A stretch of DNA of 64,000 nt from Alphaproteobacteria bacterium (GCA_965214705.1 CBDCCI010000002.1:2880001-2944000); one strand, 5' to 3'. Positions 28,201 to 40,413 are shown, counted from the first letter of the stretch. Translations and numbers: made by a program. Notes: generated from the letters alone by a model not told the origin.

Positions 28201-29910
28201 TCACTTTGCCTCGGGCTGGAAGTTCCACGGCAGCAGCTCTTGGATGCCCGACTGCGGGTGGCCCTTGGCGATCTTCTCGAGCGTGCTCCGCATCCAGGCG
28301 TAGGGCTCGACGCCGTTCATCTTGCAGGTCTCGATCAGCGAGGCGATGCGGGCCCAGGCTTGCGCACCCTCGTCGTTGCCGGCGAAGAGCGCATTCTTGG
28401 CTGTGAGCTTCAGCGGCCGGATTCGGTTTTCCACCAGGTTCGAGTCGATCTCGACACGACCGTCGTGCAGGAACTCCAGCAGCCCGTCCCACTGGTTGGC
28501 GATATAGGTCAGCTTCTCGCCGAGACGGGAGCGCGGTGAGACGCGCGAGCGCTGCTCGTCGAGCCAGACCCCGAAGGCGTTCACGATCGGCGCCGACTCC
28601 TCCCAACGGATCGCGCGGCGCTCCGCCGGCGGCTTGCCCCGGATCTTCTTCTCGATCGCATAGAGCTTCGCGATCCGATTCAGACCGGCCAGCGCGATCG
28701 GCGATGCGCTCGAGTCGTATACCTCTTTCAGCTTCCGTCTTACGTGCGCCCAACAGAGGGCCCGCGTCACAGGGCCTTCCGCCCGGTCCGGCCGCGCCAA
28801 GGTGTTGTGGCCCGAGTAGCCGTCGAGCTGCACCGTCCCCGAAAAGCCTTCCATAAGCTCGGCGCCATACTTGCCGCCGCGGCCGGGCGCATAGCGATAG
28901 ACGACGCCCGGCGGGTCCGTGCCGCTCCAGTGGCGCTCGTCACGCACAAGGGTCCACATGTAGCCCGTCTTCGTCCTGCCGAGGCCAGGGGCGAGAACAC
29001 GGATCGTGGTCTCGTCCAGACCCAGGTGGTCCGACTGCTTCAGCTCCGCCGTCAGGCAATCGACCACGGGGCGCAGGTGAAACGACGCCTGGCCCACCCA
29101 CGTCGCCAGCGTCGCGCGGTGAACCTCGATCCCCGAGCGCTCGTAGATCTGCGACTGGCGATAGAGCGGGCAATGATCGCCGTACTTCGAGATCAGCACG
29201 TGCGCCAGAAGAGCCTCGGTGGGAAGGCCGCCCTCCACCAGAGAGGCCGGTGCCGACGCCTGCACCACTCCGCCTCCCTTGCACTTGTTGCAGGCGTAGC
29301 GGGGGCGCACCGTCTCGATGACGGTGAACTTCGCCGGCTCATAGTCCAGCCGCTCGCTGCGATCCTCGCCGATCTTCGTCATCTCGCCGCAGCCGCAAGG
29401 GCACATGATCGTGTCCGGCTCGATCACCTCCTCGCGCCGATCGAGATGAGCTCCGAAGCGCACCCCGCTGCGCGATCCCCGGGAAGACCGCCGCCGGCGC
29501 TTGCCGCCAGCCTCCTCGTCCCGGTCCTCTGCCTCAGGCCGACCGCCGGCTTCTGCGATCGCCGCCCAAAACTCCTCGAACGAAAGCTGGCGCTCGTCCT
29601 CGCCGAGCTTCTCGGACTTCTTGCCGAACAGTGCGTTCCTGAGCTCCTTGTTGAGATGCTCAAGGCGGCCGATCTGCTCCGCGCTCTGCGCGTTCTCGGC
29701 CTCCAACCGCGCAGCCCGCGCTTCCGCCGTCTGGCGCGCTGCCTCCGCTGCGCTGCGTGCCTGCTCCGCGTCATGCAGCGCGGCTTCCGTCGCCCGGCGC
29801 GCCGCGCGCTCGTCGTCAAGCTCCGCCTGCAGGGCCACCAGCGACGCCGAAACCACCGCAGGCGACGGCGAACCGGCGCTGCTGAGGGGTGGGGGCGTGG
29901 CCTGCGGCAT
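28201..29910 (-). CDS. tnpC: IS66 transposase TnpC
   Basis: LFGKKSEK, CPCGC zinc finger, LDETT, LDGY, CWAH, DSNLVEN, ELLPW. Confidence 0.93.
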   Translation of the reverse strand: MPQATPPPLSSAGSPSPAVVSASLVALQAELDDERAARRATEAALHDAEQARSAAEAARQTAEARAARLEAENAQSAEQIGRLEHLNKELRNALFGKKSEKLGEDERQLSFEEFWAAIAEAGGRPEAEDRDEEAGGKRRRRSSRGSRSGVRFGAHLDRREEVIEPDTIMCPCGCGEMTKIGEDRSERLDYEPAKFTVIETVRPRYACNKCKGGGVVQASAPASLVEGGLPTEALLAHVLISKYGDHCPLYRQSQIYERSGIEVHRATLATWVGQASFHLRPVVDCLTAELKQSDHLGLDETTIRVLAPGLGRTKTGYMWTLVRDERHWSGTDPPGVVYRYAPGRGGKYGAELMEGFSGTVQLDGYSGHNTLARPDRAEGPVTRALCWAHVRRKLKEVYDSSASPIALAGLNRIAKLYAIEKKIRGKPPAERRAIRWEESAPIVNAFGVWLDEQRSRVSPRSRLGEKLTYIANQWDGLLEFLHDGRVEIDSNLVENRIRPLKLTAKNALFAGNDEGAQAWARIASLIETCKMNGVEPYAWMRSTLEKIAKGHPQSGIQELLPWNFQPEAK

Positions 29911-30003
29911 GGACCACCTCCTAATCCGATTCGCCGATGCGTGACCAGACCAAATGGCGGGGCATCGACCAAAATCTGCGAGCACCCCGGCCTGCGTGTC
30001 GCC

Positions 30004-30354
30004 TCACTCCGCTGCCAGCGGGCGGCGAACCGGGCGAGCCTTCACCCGGCGCCAGTCCAGACCTTCGAAGAGGGCCTCGAACTGGCCCTTCGTAAGGCGC
30101 ATCACACCGTCCTCGATCCGGGGCCAGGCGAAGCGACCCTGCTCAAGACGCTTGTAGGTCATCACCAGACCGGTGCCGTCCCAGGTGAGCAGCTTCAATC
30201 TGTCGCCGCGGCGCGAGCGGAAGATGACGATCACCCCGGAATAGATATCGAGGTCAAGCTCCCCCGCCGCCGTCGCCGCAAGCGCGTCGTGGCCGCGACG
30301 AAAATCAACCGGCCGCGTCGCCAACACGATGCGAAGCGAGGGGACGGCGATCAT
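30004..30354 (-). CDS. tnpB: IS66 accessory protein TnpB
   Basis: PVDFRRG, DRLKLLTWDGTG, KRLEQGRFAWP. Confidence 0.92.
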   Translation of the reverse strand: MIAVPSLRIVLATRPVDFRRGHDALAATAAGELDLDIYSGVIVIFRSRRGDRLKLLTWDGTGLVMTYKRLEQGRFAWPRIEDGVMRLTKGQFEALFEGLDWRRVKARPVRRPLAAE

Positions 30355-30806
30355 GACGACGCCCGACCCAGACCCGAGGCCACCGCAACAATCCGATCGA
30401 CCGCGCTCTCCACCGGAAGGCGAACGACGACGCCCAGCGCCTCGATCGCCACCGTCTGCTCGGACGTCACGCTATCAACCACCACGGGAACAAATGGCGG
30501 TGCAGATCCACCAATCTGAGCGCCCGGAAGAGTTCCCTCCCGCGCGCGCCGCCGCCACTTGGTCAGGGTCGTATCGCTGACGCCATGGCGGCGCGCGACC
30601 GCCGCAACCGAAGATCCCGGCTCAAAGCTCTCCGAGACAATCCGCGCCTTCTCATCGTCCGGCCAGCGTCGCATGTGGGCCGGCACAGACAGAGCCGGGG
30701 CGGCTCCCTCAGAAGCTGGGATCTCAACCGAAGCAACAGCGACACCGTCGCCAGGTGCCAAAATCGAATCTGTCATCGCGATCTCTCCTGTGTGGCTCGT
30801 GGTCAA
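30351..30806 (-). CDS. tnpA: IS66 HTH protein TnpA
   Basis: RRWPDDEKARIVSES..VAAVARRHGV..WRR. Confidence 0.88.
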   Translation of the reverse strand: MTTSHTGEIAMTDSILAPGDGVAVASVEIPASEGAAPALSVPAHMRRWPDDEKARIVSESFEPGSSVAAVARRHGVSDTTLTKWRRRAREGTLPGAQIGGSAPPFVPVVVDSVTSEQTVAIEALGVVVRLPVESAVDRIVAVASGLGRASS

Positions 30807-30866
30807 GGCGGAGAGTCAGCCCCGAAATCAGTTCCGCTGGAAGTATGGGGGCCCGATACCGCTTAC

Positions 30867-30979
30867 TGGACAATTGACCGCTTGATGTTCAAACAGAATT
30901 CATCGATATCAGCGTTGAGCGCGCCAACTTGACGGCTTGCCCGATCAATCTTTGCATCGATCCCGCTGAAATCGATCAC
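30867..30979 (-). pseudogene. 5' part of the IS66-split gene
   Basis: VIDFSGIDAKIDRASRQVGALNADIDEFCLNIKRSIV, continuing as HEIDRDAGEQMW across the TSD. Confidence 0.75.
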
Positions 30980-30982
30980 GCT

Positions 30983-31240
30983 TCAGTATCCGACATTGAG
31001 AGCCAGCGATTCCGGTAGAGCCACATCTTCGGAGATTCCCGCGTCCCGCCCCTGCGCCGTTGCCATGCCGGCAGCAGGCGCTGCGTCGGCACCAGCGAGC
31101 CCTTGTAGGCGGGCTCTGTGGTGGTTGGTCAGTGTGCCCGCCGAGAGCGCCTTCGCCGCCGCATCATCGGGAGGGACCAATCGTTTTGGATCGCCCGGCA
31201 CCCGCTCGCTCACCCAGTCCACCAGAGATCTAGCGGTTCC
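30983..31240 (-). pseudogene. Decayed C-terminus of an MmeI-like (Type IIL) R-M enzyme
   Basis: LVDWVSERVPGDPKRLVP..GTLTNHHRAR..ISEDVAL..LALN resembles the RTLTNLYN..LLALN tail. Confidence 0.6.
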
Positions 31241-31479
31241 AAGCGGTTCGCATTCGGCCACTCCGCTCAGAATACGCCGTGACGAAACGTCAGTCAAACC
31301 CGTCCCACACAGAGAATTCAGAAAATGTGCGTTCTTTCAGATGGTTATGGTTCCGGCTGTGGTTCTTGAAGGGGTGGTTGGGTTGTCTTCCGAGCTTGCC
31401 ACCACAGCCCAATCAGCGGTCGCTCTGCTTTCCTGAGCTGGGGAGGGTTTGGTTGGTTGGACCTCGCGCAACCTGGAAT

Positions 31480-31610
31480 CGAACGACCAGGAATTTTTGT
31501 CCGGACCGGGCGTGTCATTGGAACGGACGAGCGTGTACCTGATGGACGAGCGCGGAGAGACCGTCAGGGACGCGAACACTCCAAATGAAGCTGATTCCCT
31601 TGTGGTCTCT
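31480..31610 (+). pseudogene. IS110-family transposase N-terminal remnant
   Basis: GVSLERTSVYLMDERGETVRD resembles the GLDVS..TS.C..D..G N-terminus. Confidence 0.5.
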
Positions 31611-31659
31611 TCGCCCATACGTGGTGCCAACTACCCGCGGCGGTCCTCGTTTCCCGGTT

Positions 31660-33870
<2,211 letters not shown>

Positions 33871-33949
33871 CTATGGATCGGAACGGTCCCGGAGACCGCT
33901 CCGGCAGCCGCCAATCCGGCTGCAGGGGGCGAGCGTAGGCACCGCGACT

Positions 33950-33990
33950 ATATCGTGTATAACGACGAATATTCGTTGTTATAATCGTAT
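33950..33990. promoter_or_regulatory. Putative OxyR operator in the divergent katG/oxyR region
   Basis: Near-perfect AT-rich palindrome TATAACGACGAATATTCGTTGTTATA at 33958-33983. Confidence 0.6.
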
Positions 33991-34020
33991 ATTGCGAAGA
34001 CTCGCTCCCGGAGCTGCCCG

Positions 34021-34923
34021 ATGAAGCGCCTGCCCACGATGAAGCAGCTCGAATACCTGGCGGCGCTGGCCGAGACGCAGCACTTCGGCCGCGCGTCCGA
34101 GCGCTGTCACGTCACCCAGTCGACCCTGAGCGCGGGCATCCGCGATCTGGAGGCGGTGCTCGGCACCGCGGTCGCGGAGCGCTCGAACCGGCGCGTGCTG
34201 ATGACGCGCGTCGGCGAACGGATCGCAGAGCGGGCGAAGACGTTGTTGCGCGACGCCGAAGAGGTGATGGAGATCGCGAGGGCCGGGCGCGCGCCGATGA
34301 CCGGAGAGATGCGCCTCGGGGTGATCCCGACGATCGGCCCCTTCCTCCTGCCCCGCGTCCTGCCGGCGCTGCGCGAGAAGTTCCCGGAGCTGACGCTGTA
34401 TCTACGAGAGGAACAGACCGGCCCGCTGCTGGCCCGGCTGGAGGACGGGGAGGTCGATGCCGCGCTGATCGCGCTGCCCTGCGAGACCGGGGACCTCGCC
34501 ACCGAGGACATCGGCGAGGACGAGTTCCTGTTCGCCTGCGATCGCGACCACCCTCTCGCAGGCGCCGCCCAAGTGCCCCTCGACGCGCTGGCCGGTGAAC
34601 GGCTCCTGCTGCTGGAAGAGGGCCACTGCCTGCGCGGCCATGCCCTCGACGCCTGCGAGATGGGCGACACCCGGGCGCGCGCGCAGTTTGAGGCCAGCAG
34701 CCTGCACACGCTGGTGCAGATGGTGGCGGCTGGCATTGGCGTCACCCTCGTGCCGAGGCTCGCGGTCGACGCCCGGATCGCCGAGGGAACCGATATCTCG
34801 CTCTCGCGGCTTGCCGCGCCCGCATCGCGCCGGATCGGATTGGCCTGGCGGCAGACGTCGTTGAGAACCGACGAGTTCAGACTGCTGGCGGACGCCCTGC
34901 GCGAGTTGGCCGAGGTGGCGTAA
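34021..34923 (+). CDS. oxyR: H2O2-sensing LysR regulator OxyR
   Basis: LysR HTH; EEGHCLRGHALDAC redox Cys pair; divergent from katG. Confidence 0.93.
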   Translation: MKRLPTMKQLEYLAALAETQHFGRASERCHVTQSTLSAGIRDLEAVLGTAVAERSNRRVLMTRVGERIAERAKTLLRDAEEVMEIARAGRAPMTGEMRLGVIPTIGPFLLPRVLPALREKFPELTLYLREEQTGPLLARLEDGEVDAALIALPCETGDLATEDIGEDEFLFACDRDHPLAGAAQVPLDALAGERLLLLEEGHCLRGHALDACEMGDTRARAQFEASSLHTLVQMVAAGIGVTLVPRLAVDARIAEGTDISLSRLAAPASRRIGLAWRQTSLRTDEFRLLADALRELAEVA

Positions 34924-34996
34924 CCCGATTACAGAAGATCGCTACCGCAGCGCAGCGCGGCTTGCGTATTCCACGCTGGAGCGCCCGCCCGCGGCG

Positions 34997-35971
34997 CTAC
35001 CTTTCCGAGCGGGCCTCAGACCAGGCTCGGCCGAAGTCCGTCAGGTCGAACTCAAGATCGACATCGCCTTCGTCCGTGCAGATGCCCACGGTGAGAACGC
35101 CGCCGCGCTTCAGCGCCGCGACCGTCGCTTCATCTACGAAGTAATCCGCCCATCCGAGGTAATGCGTCCGGGGCTGCGGAACGGTGAAGACGGCGTCCAA
35201 CTCGACGGGCGTTCCGCCGTCCACGCTGAGCGCAACGCTGCCGGCCACCCCGTCGGAGCCCGCGCAACCTCCGATCGACTGCGCCTCGACCTTCATCGGA
35301 TAGCCCGACGCCGTCCGTTCGGACGACAGCGTCACCGTCCCCTCCAGGCCGGTGCCCTGCCGGCGTTCCAGGGCTCTCCAGAGCAGGCGTTTCCCGTCGA
35401 CTGCGATCGAAGCAGGATCGATCACGAAGTCCAGCCCGTTCATGTCCGCGACTGCCCGCGCCAGTCCGGCCAGGGAATATTCCAGCCGCAGGGGCGAACC
35501 GGCGGGCAGGCAATTCCTCATGGGTTCGCGGTCCACATGCAGCGTCGTTCCCTCGATCAACGCTCTCATCATCGGTCGCGGGAGGCGGAAGCGTCCTTCG
35601 AGAACATCGATACGGAAGTCCACCGCGGTCTCCGGACCGCCGTCTATACGGTACCGGATCCGCCATCCCGAGCTGTGCGCGCACAGGGTGCGACGCTGGA
35701 ATTCCAGGGCGGCAACATAGTCGCCTCCGTCCGGCGCCATGCGCCGGAGTTCCAGGGCGACGCCCCGGCTCACCGCCCTCGCGGCGAAATGCTCCGTGGA
35801 TTGCGAGCCGTGCCTCTTGCTCTCGGTCAGCTCCCAGCCTTGTGCCGGCGACGCCGGTGCGAGGCCCGCTGCGATGGCGACGAGCAGCGCTGCGAGACCT
35901 GCGCCCAGGCCGTCGGCGGTCTTCGGGCGCCGCGTGCCGCCGAACGCAAGCCGAGACGCCGCGCGGGACAT
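34997..35971 (-). CDS. Hypothetical exported protein with two similar beta-rich halves
   Basis: Signal-like segment ending PAQG; each half has DGG(P/T) and ends (Y/F)xLxxxxRA. Confidence 0.6.
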   Translation of the reverse strand: MSRAASRLAFGGTRRPKTADGLGAGLAALLVAIAAGLAPASPAQGWELTESKRHGSQSTEHFAARAVSRGVALELRRMAPDGGDYVAALEFQRRTLCAHSSGWRIRYRIDGGPETAVDFRIDVLEGRFRLPRPMMRALIEGTTLHVDREPMRNCLPAGSPLRLEYSLAGLARAVADMNGLDFVIDPASIAVDGKRLLWRALERRQGTGLEGTVTLSSERTASGYPMKVEAQSIGGCAGSDGVAGSVALSVDGGTPVELDAVFTVPQPRTHYLGWADYFVDEATVAALKRGGVLTVGICTDEGDVDLEFDLTDFGRAWSEARSER

Positions 35972-35986
35972 GTCCCGCCGCTCGGC

Positions 35987-36799
35987 CTACTCCCCTTCCG
36001 AAACAAGCAGGTATCCGCGGTTCTCGACGGTATCGAACGTGCGCATCGCCGCGATCAGGTCGCCGGAGCCGACCCACACCCAGGGCGCCCGGTTGGGGTT
36101 CACGTCCATGATCAGGAAGGAATCGCTGCGCTCGTCATACGCCCCGAGCGGGGAGATGTGACCGCCGCCCTGCTGGCCCAGCGCCTTGCGCGCGTAGTTG
36201 ACCAGCACGTAGTCGTCCCCGGAGGCGAGGTTCGCGGCGATCTCCCGCCTGATCTCCTCTGCGTCCGCGCCGTCGTCCACGACCCGGGTCACGACCTCAA
36301 GGCCGTGGCTTCTCAGGACCTGCGCGAACTGGCGCAGCTGCAGGCCGTAGTCGCGCTTCGCCTCGCCCTCGATGAGGATGGGCTTGCCCAGGACCTTGAG
36401 GCGCGATTTCGTCCGCTCACCGAGCACGTTGTTGGGCGTGTATTTGCCGTAGAACGGATCGGCGTCCTGCCAGAGCCAGGCCATCTCGTCCTCGGCGATC
36501 GAGCTGCGGTCACGCGGCAGTCCCTCCCGTTTGCCCAGCCGCAGCGCGTTCAGCACGATCGCCGAGGAGACCGGGCCGCAGAAGATGGCGTTGTCCTGGC
36601 TGATGAAGTGATTGCTGAGCGGGAAGAAATCCGTCCTGTGGGCTGAGCTGGAGAAACGCTCGGCGCTCTCCCCGGACTGCCATTCGACGAGAGCCGCCGG
36701 GCGCGGCTCGGCGCTGTCCGCTGCACGTCCGTCGATCGAAACGACCATGAAGGCGTACAGCAGCGCGAGGATCGAAACCAGCGTCGTGGTCTTCATCAT
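35987..36799 (-). CDS. Phytochelatin synthase family protein with signal peptide
   Basis: QDNAIFCG (Cys), GGHISPLGAYD (His), LIMDV (Asp). Confidence 0.88.
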   Translation of the reverse strand: MMKTTTLVSILALLYAFMVVSIDGRAADSAEPRPAALVEWQSGESAERFSSSAHRTDFFPLSNHFISQDNAIFCGPVSSAIVLNALRLGKREGLPRDRSSIAEDEMAWLWQDADPFYGKYTPNNVLGERTKSRLKVLGKPILIEGEAKRDYGLQLRQFAQVLRSHGLEVVTRVVDDGADAEEIRREIAANLASGDDYVLVNYARKALGQQGGGHISPLGAYDERSDSFLIMDVNPNRAPWVWVGSGDLIAAMRTFDTVENRGYLLVSEGE

Positions 36800-37279
36800 G
36801 GGGCTCCTCGGTCAGGGTGGCGTGCCAGCCTCGCGAACGCGGCGAGGGTTCCCGAGACACTGTGCGAACGAAATTGCCGCGGATGAACCGGCTCGCTGCG
36901 GCTCGTGGCGATACCCTCGAACGAAAGCATCGATCGACATTGTCCCGGTTGCGTGAATGTCTCCGCCGGCCGGGCCGGGGACATCGCGATTGGGAAAGGC
37001 CCCTGGACCGGTTCGATGCCCCGCCCGTCTGCGGCGCTTTCCGATCGTCTCCCGGGACATTGCATGTTGCGAAGCGCCCTGCAAGCGTTCCGGTGATCGC
37101 TTCGACAAGCCCCTCAGTTCAGCGACGCGCTTTGGTGCTGTCTTGCCCGCAAGCCTGCCTGCTCGTGCCCGATCGTGGCCAACGGGAGGGCGATCGTCTC
37201 GGTGCAACCAGCGGCAAAGGTTTCAATTGGCCGATGCATAATCTTGCAATCAGCCGGACACCGAACTTACAATTGGCCG

Positions 37280-38620
37280 ATGCCGAGCTCGGTCTTCTAT
37301 CCCCGGTCCGTCGAGCGCCGGCTGGTCGAAGCGCTCGAGGATTCGCCGGTCGTGCTGATACACGGCCCGCGTCAGTGCGGCAAGACCACGCTCGCTCAAT
37401 TCACCTGCGCGCCGAACTACCTGACCTGGGGCGGTGACCACCTGACCTGGGGCGGCGAGCGGCTCGCATGGGGATACTCCCGGGAAGATCGGGACTACAC
37501 GTATTTCAGCTTCGACGATCCTGTCACCAGAGACGGCGCCCGGGCCGACCCCACGGGTTTCGTTGCTGACTTGCCGGAACGCGTAATCCTCGACGAAGTC
37601 CAACGCGTTCCCGAGCTGTTTGAGGCGATCAAGATATCCGTGGACCGCCAGCGGGCGCCGGGACGTTTCCTGCTTACGGGCTCCACCAACGTTTTTCTCG
37701 TTCCGCAATTATCGGACTCGCTGGCGGGACGCATACAGATCGTGCCGCTGCATCCCTTGACACAGTATGAGCTTACGGGTCGGTCGGACCCGTCCCGTCC
37801 CGATGCGGACTTCCTGAATGCCCTGTTCGGCGACGGTTTCCCGATATTCCAATGCGAACGTCTCGGTAGCCAGCTTGTCGAAAGAATCGTTGCCGGCGGC
37901 TATCCCGCGGCATTGGAGCGTCCGACGGCGAGGCGCGCGGCAAACTGGTATCGCAACTATGTGGAGGCACTTGTCCAGCGTGACGCGCGGGACATGACGC
38001 GGGTCCGCTCGCTCGACGTCCTGCCTCGGCTTCTGCGCGCCGCAGCCGCGCAGACGGCCCAGCTCTTCAACCTCAGCAGCCTGGCTTCGCCGTTCGAGCT
38101 CAGCCGGCCTTCGATCGGGGACTACGTTACGCTTCTCGAGAGGCTTTTCCTTCTGGAACGGCTCCCTGCCTGGCACGGCAATCGGCTGAAGCGGCTGGTC
38201 AAGAGTCCGAAGTTGCATCTCACGGATACCGGCCTCGCCGCGGCTTTGCTCGGCGCCGACGCCAAGGCTTTGGCAGCAGACGGAACCCTCCTGGGTCATT
38301 TTCTGGAAACGTTTGCGTTTCGGGAGTTGCGAAGAGAGGCGAGTTGGCAGGACACACCGATCGAGTTCTTCCATTTTCGGGACAAGGACGGCGCCGAAAC
38401 GGATATCGTGATGGAGCAGGCGTCCGGCGCCGTCGCCGGCGTGGAAATCAAGGCGGCCGCGTCGGTGAGTTCGAGGGACTTTCGTGGACTGCGCAAGCTC
38501 GAAAGAGCAGCCGGTAACCGCTTCGTCCGCGGTGTGGTGCTCTATGACGGCGAGACCGCCATCCCCTTTGGCGATCGCTTTCATGCAGTGCCGATATCGC
38601 GGTTGTGGAAAATTCCGTAA
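37280..38620 (+). CDS. AAA+ ATPase with DUF4143 domain
   Basis: GPRQCGKTT, LDEVQRVP, LLTGS, SLAGR, KSPKLHLTDTG, ETD..EIK. Confidence 0.88.
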   Translation: MPSSVFYPRSVERRLVEALEDSPVVLIHGPRQCGKTTLAQFTCAPNYLTWGGDHLTWGGERLAWGYSREDRDYTYFSFDDPVTRDGARADPTGFVADLPERVILDEVQRVPELFEAIKISVDRQRAPGRFLLTGSTNVFLVPQLSDSLAGRIQIVPLHPLTQYELTGRSDPSRPDADFLNALFGDGFPIFQCERLGSQLVERIVAGGYPAALERPTARRAANWYRNYVEALVQRDARDMTRVRSLDVLPRLLRAAAAQTAQLFNLSSLASPFELSRPSIGDYVTLLERLFLLERLPAWHGNRLKRLVKSPKLHLTDTGLAAALLGADAKALAADGTLLGHFLETFAFRELRREASWQDTPIEFFHFRDKDGAETDIVMEQASGAVAGVEIKAAASVSSRDFRGLRKLERAAGNRFVRGVVLYDGETAIPFGDRFHAVPISRLWKIP

Positions 38621-38742
38621 GTGCTACGGAGACTCGCAAGGCCCGGGCCGCGAGCATCGGCGTCTCCCGCTCCCGCATCGGTTTTTCCAGGAAGATCGAA
38701 TGACCGGAGACGGCTTGAGGCACGTCGGCGTCAATGAATACG

Positions 38743-39792
38743 TCAGCCACCGCTCGGCTTGTTCGCGTCCTTCGCGCGATGAAGGAACACGGAGGGGTCT
38801 GCGCGCCATTCCTCGTAGCCGATGCGGCCGGAATCGGTCAGCTGGCCGATCTTGGTGTCCAGGCACGCAGCGAGCGCATGGTCCGAAGCCGCCAGCGCGA
38901 AACCGCCGAGCTCCCGGCGGCGGTCGCGCGCGCCGAGCACGAACGTACCGACGGACTCGGCGACGGCGTCCGCATTGCCGATCATGCCGCGGGCGACCGC
39001 ATCGACCATGCCGTTGCGCAACGCTTCCAGATGAGCGTCTTCGTCCTGGAAATAGACCACCTGCGGCATGTGTGCCGCGTCGCCGGGCGGCTCCAGCCGC
39101 CGCCGGCCTTCCAGCGAGGGCGAGGAGCCGGCCGCAGTGATCGCAAGGCGTTCACCCCCGGCCTCCAGCACCGCCCCGGAGGCAAGATGAACCCGCACGC
39201 CCGGCCGCAGCGCACCATCCGGCCCGGTATAGCCGGTCAGTTGCAGCAGCCGTTCCTCTCCGGTGGTGCCGGGCACCGCGGCGATGCGGATCTCCGGCGT
39301 GAAGCCGCGATAGGCGGCGAAGCGCCCGGCGTCCGCGACACGCACCAGCAACGTCTGGACGAACGCGATATGCCCCGAGGTGAAGACCACCGCCTTCCGT
39401 CCGGCGGCGTCGTGGGTGCGGTCCTCGCGGATCGTGATGCCACCGCCGATCAGGTCGTAGTCGGGCGTCGCGGCCTTGAGCCAGATGCCGGCGAACGCGC
39501 CACCGATTGCGCGCCGGGAAAACCGCGCCGCGCCCATCGCCTCCAGCGCCGTCAACAGGTCCGCCTCGTAGCCGCGGTGTTCGTGGAAGCCGGCGCTGCC
39601 GGGGTCCCGGTCCGCGCTGTAGCTCACCGGCGCGAAGTCGGGGTAGAAGCCGACCTTGAGGACTCGCCCATCCTGCGTGCAGGCGGCGGGTGCGTCGGCA
39701 GCCGCCGCGCCGGCGGCAAGCAGCGCAGCTGCCATGCCGAACGCGAACGCCACGACCCCGAAGCCCCGTGTCGTGCGCCGTTCCTGGACCAT
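38743..39792 (-). CDS. Periplasmic substrate-binding protein (family 3-like), stand-alone
   Basis: Signal peptide; FAPVSY, GYEADLL, GGITIREDR, GTTGE. Confidence 0.78.
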   Translation of the reverse strand: MVQERRTTRGFGVVAFAFGMAAALLAAGAAAADAPAACTQDGRVLKVGFYPDFAPVSYSADRDPGSAGFHEHRGYEADLLTALEAMGAARFSRRAIGGAFAGIWLKAATPDYDLIGGGITIREDRTHDAAGRKAVVFTSGHIAFVQTLLVRVADAGRFAAYRGFTPEIRIAAVPGTTGEERLLQLTGYTGPDGALRPGVRVHLASGAVLEAGGERLAITAAGSSPSLEGRRRLEPPGDAAHMPQVVYFQDEDAHLEALRNGMVDAVARGMIGNADAVAESVGTFVLGARDRRRELGGFALAASDHALAACLDTKIGQLTDSGRIGYEEWRADPSVFLHRAKDANKPSGG

Positions 39793-39911
39793 TGTTTGCC
39801 TCCCTGGCGCCGGTCGGTCTGTTGTTCGGCGCACAAACTGGACGCCAATCGGCGTGGCAGGGCCTTGATTGTCGTTAATTTGGAAGGGTCAAACCAGGAC
39901 ACCGAACACTC

Positions 39912-40147
39912 GAGGCCAGCAGCCTGCACACGCTGGTGCAGATGGTCGCGGCGGGCATCGGCGTCACCCTCGTACCGCGGCTCTCGGTCGAGGCACATAT
40001 GGCCCGGTGAATGGTATCTCGCTCGCGCCGCTTGCAGCGCCCGCATCGCGCCGGATCGGACTGGCCTGGCGGCAAACGTTGTTGAGAGCCGACGAGTTCC
40101 GATTGCTCGCTCACATGCTGCGCGATCTGGCCGAGGTGGCGTGACCC
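39912..40147 (+). pseudogene. oxyR: Diverged duplicate of the oxyR 3' end
   Basis: Aligns with 34690-34926 (EASSLHTLVQMVAAGIG...LAEVA*); 1 nt shorter, so frameshifted. Confidence 0.88.
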
Positions 40148-40413
40148 TCGGCCTGGCCTTGCTCGCCGTCCGCGCGATGCCGCGCGGCCGGCCTAATGCC
40201 GATGCGGTATGCCGAAAGAGAGGCAGTCGGGGAACCGGCGCTGTGCGCCCTGCCCAAGGCGGTCGCCCCAGGTGTTCGCAACCGGCGGTTTCGACAAGGA
40301 GCTGAGGATCCACGGGACCGGCTCTGAAACGCTCGCGTCCGTGGCCGGCTGATAGGCGTATTCCTGCTTCAGCCCTACCTCGGAGGAAGTCTTGCATCCC
40401 GGCGAGGGAGGCC

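Larger units (their letters stand above)
28124..30866 (-). mobile_element. IS66-family insertion sequence
   Basis: IRs start GTAAGCGGTA; 8-bp TSD TGGACAAT at 28116-28123 and 30867-30874. Confidence 0.95.

Noticed and set aside
31298-31480. IS110 bridge RNA upstream of the remnant
   Set aside because: The element is too decayed and no structure can be supported by eye
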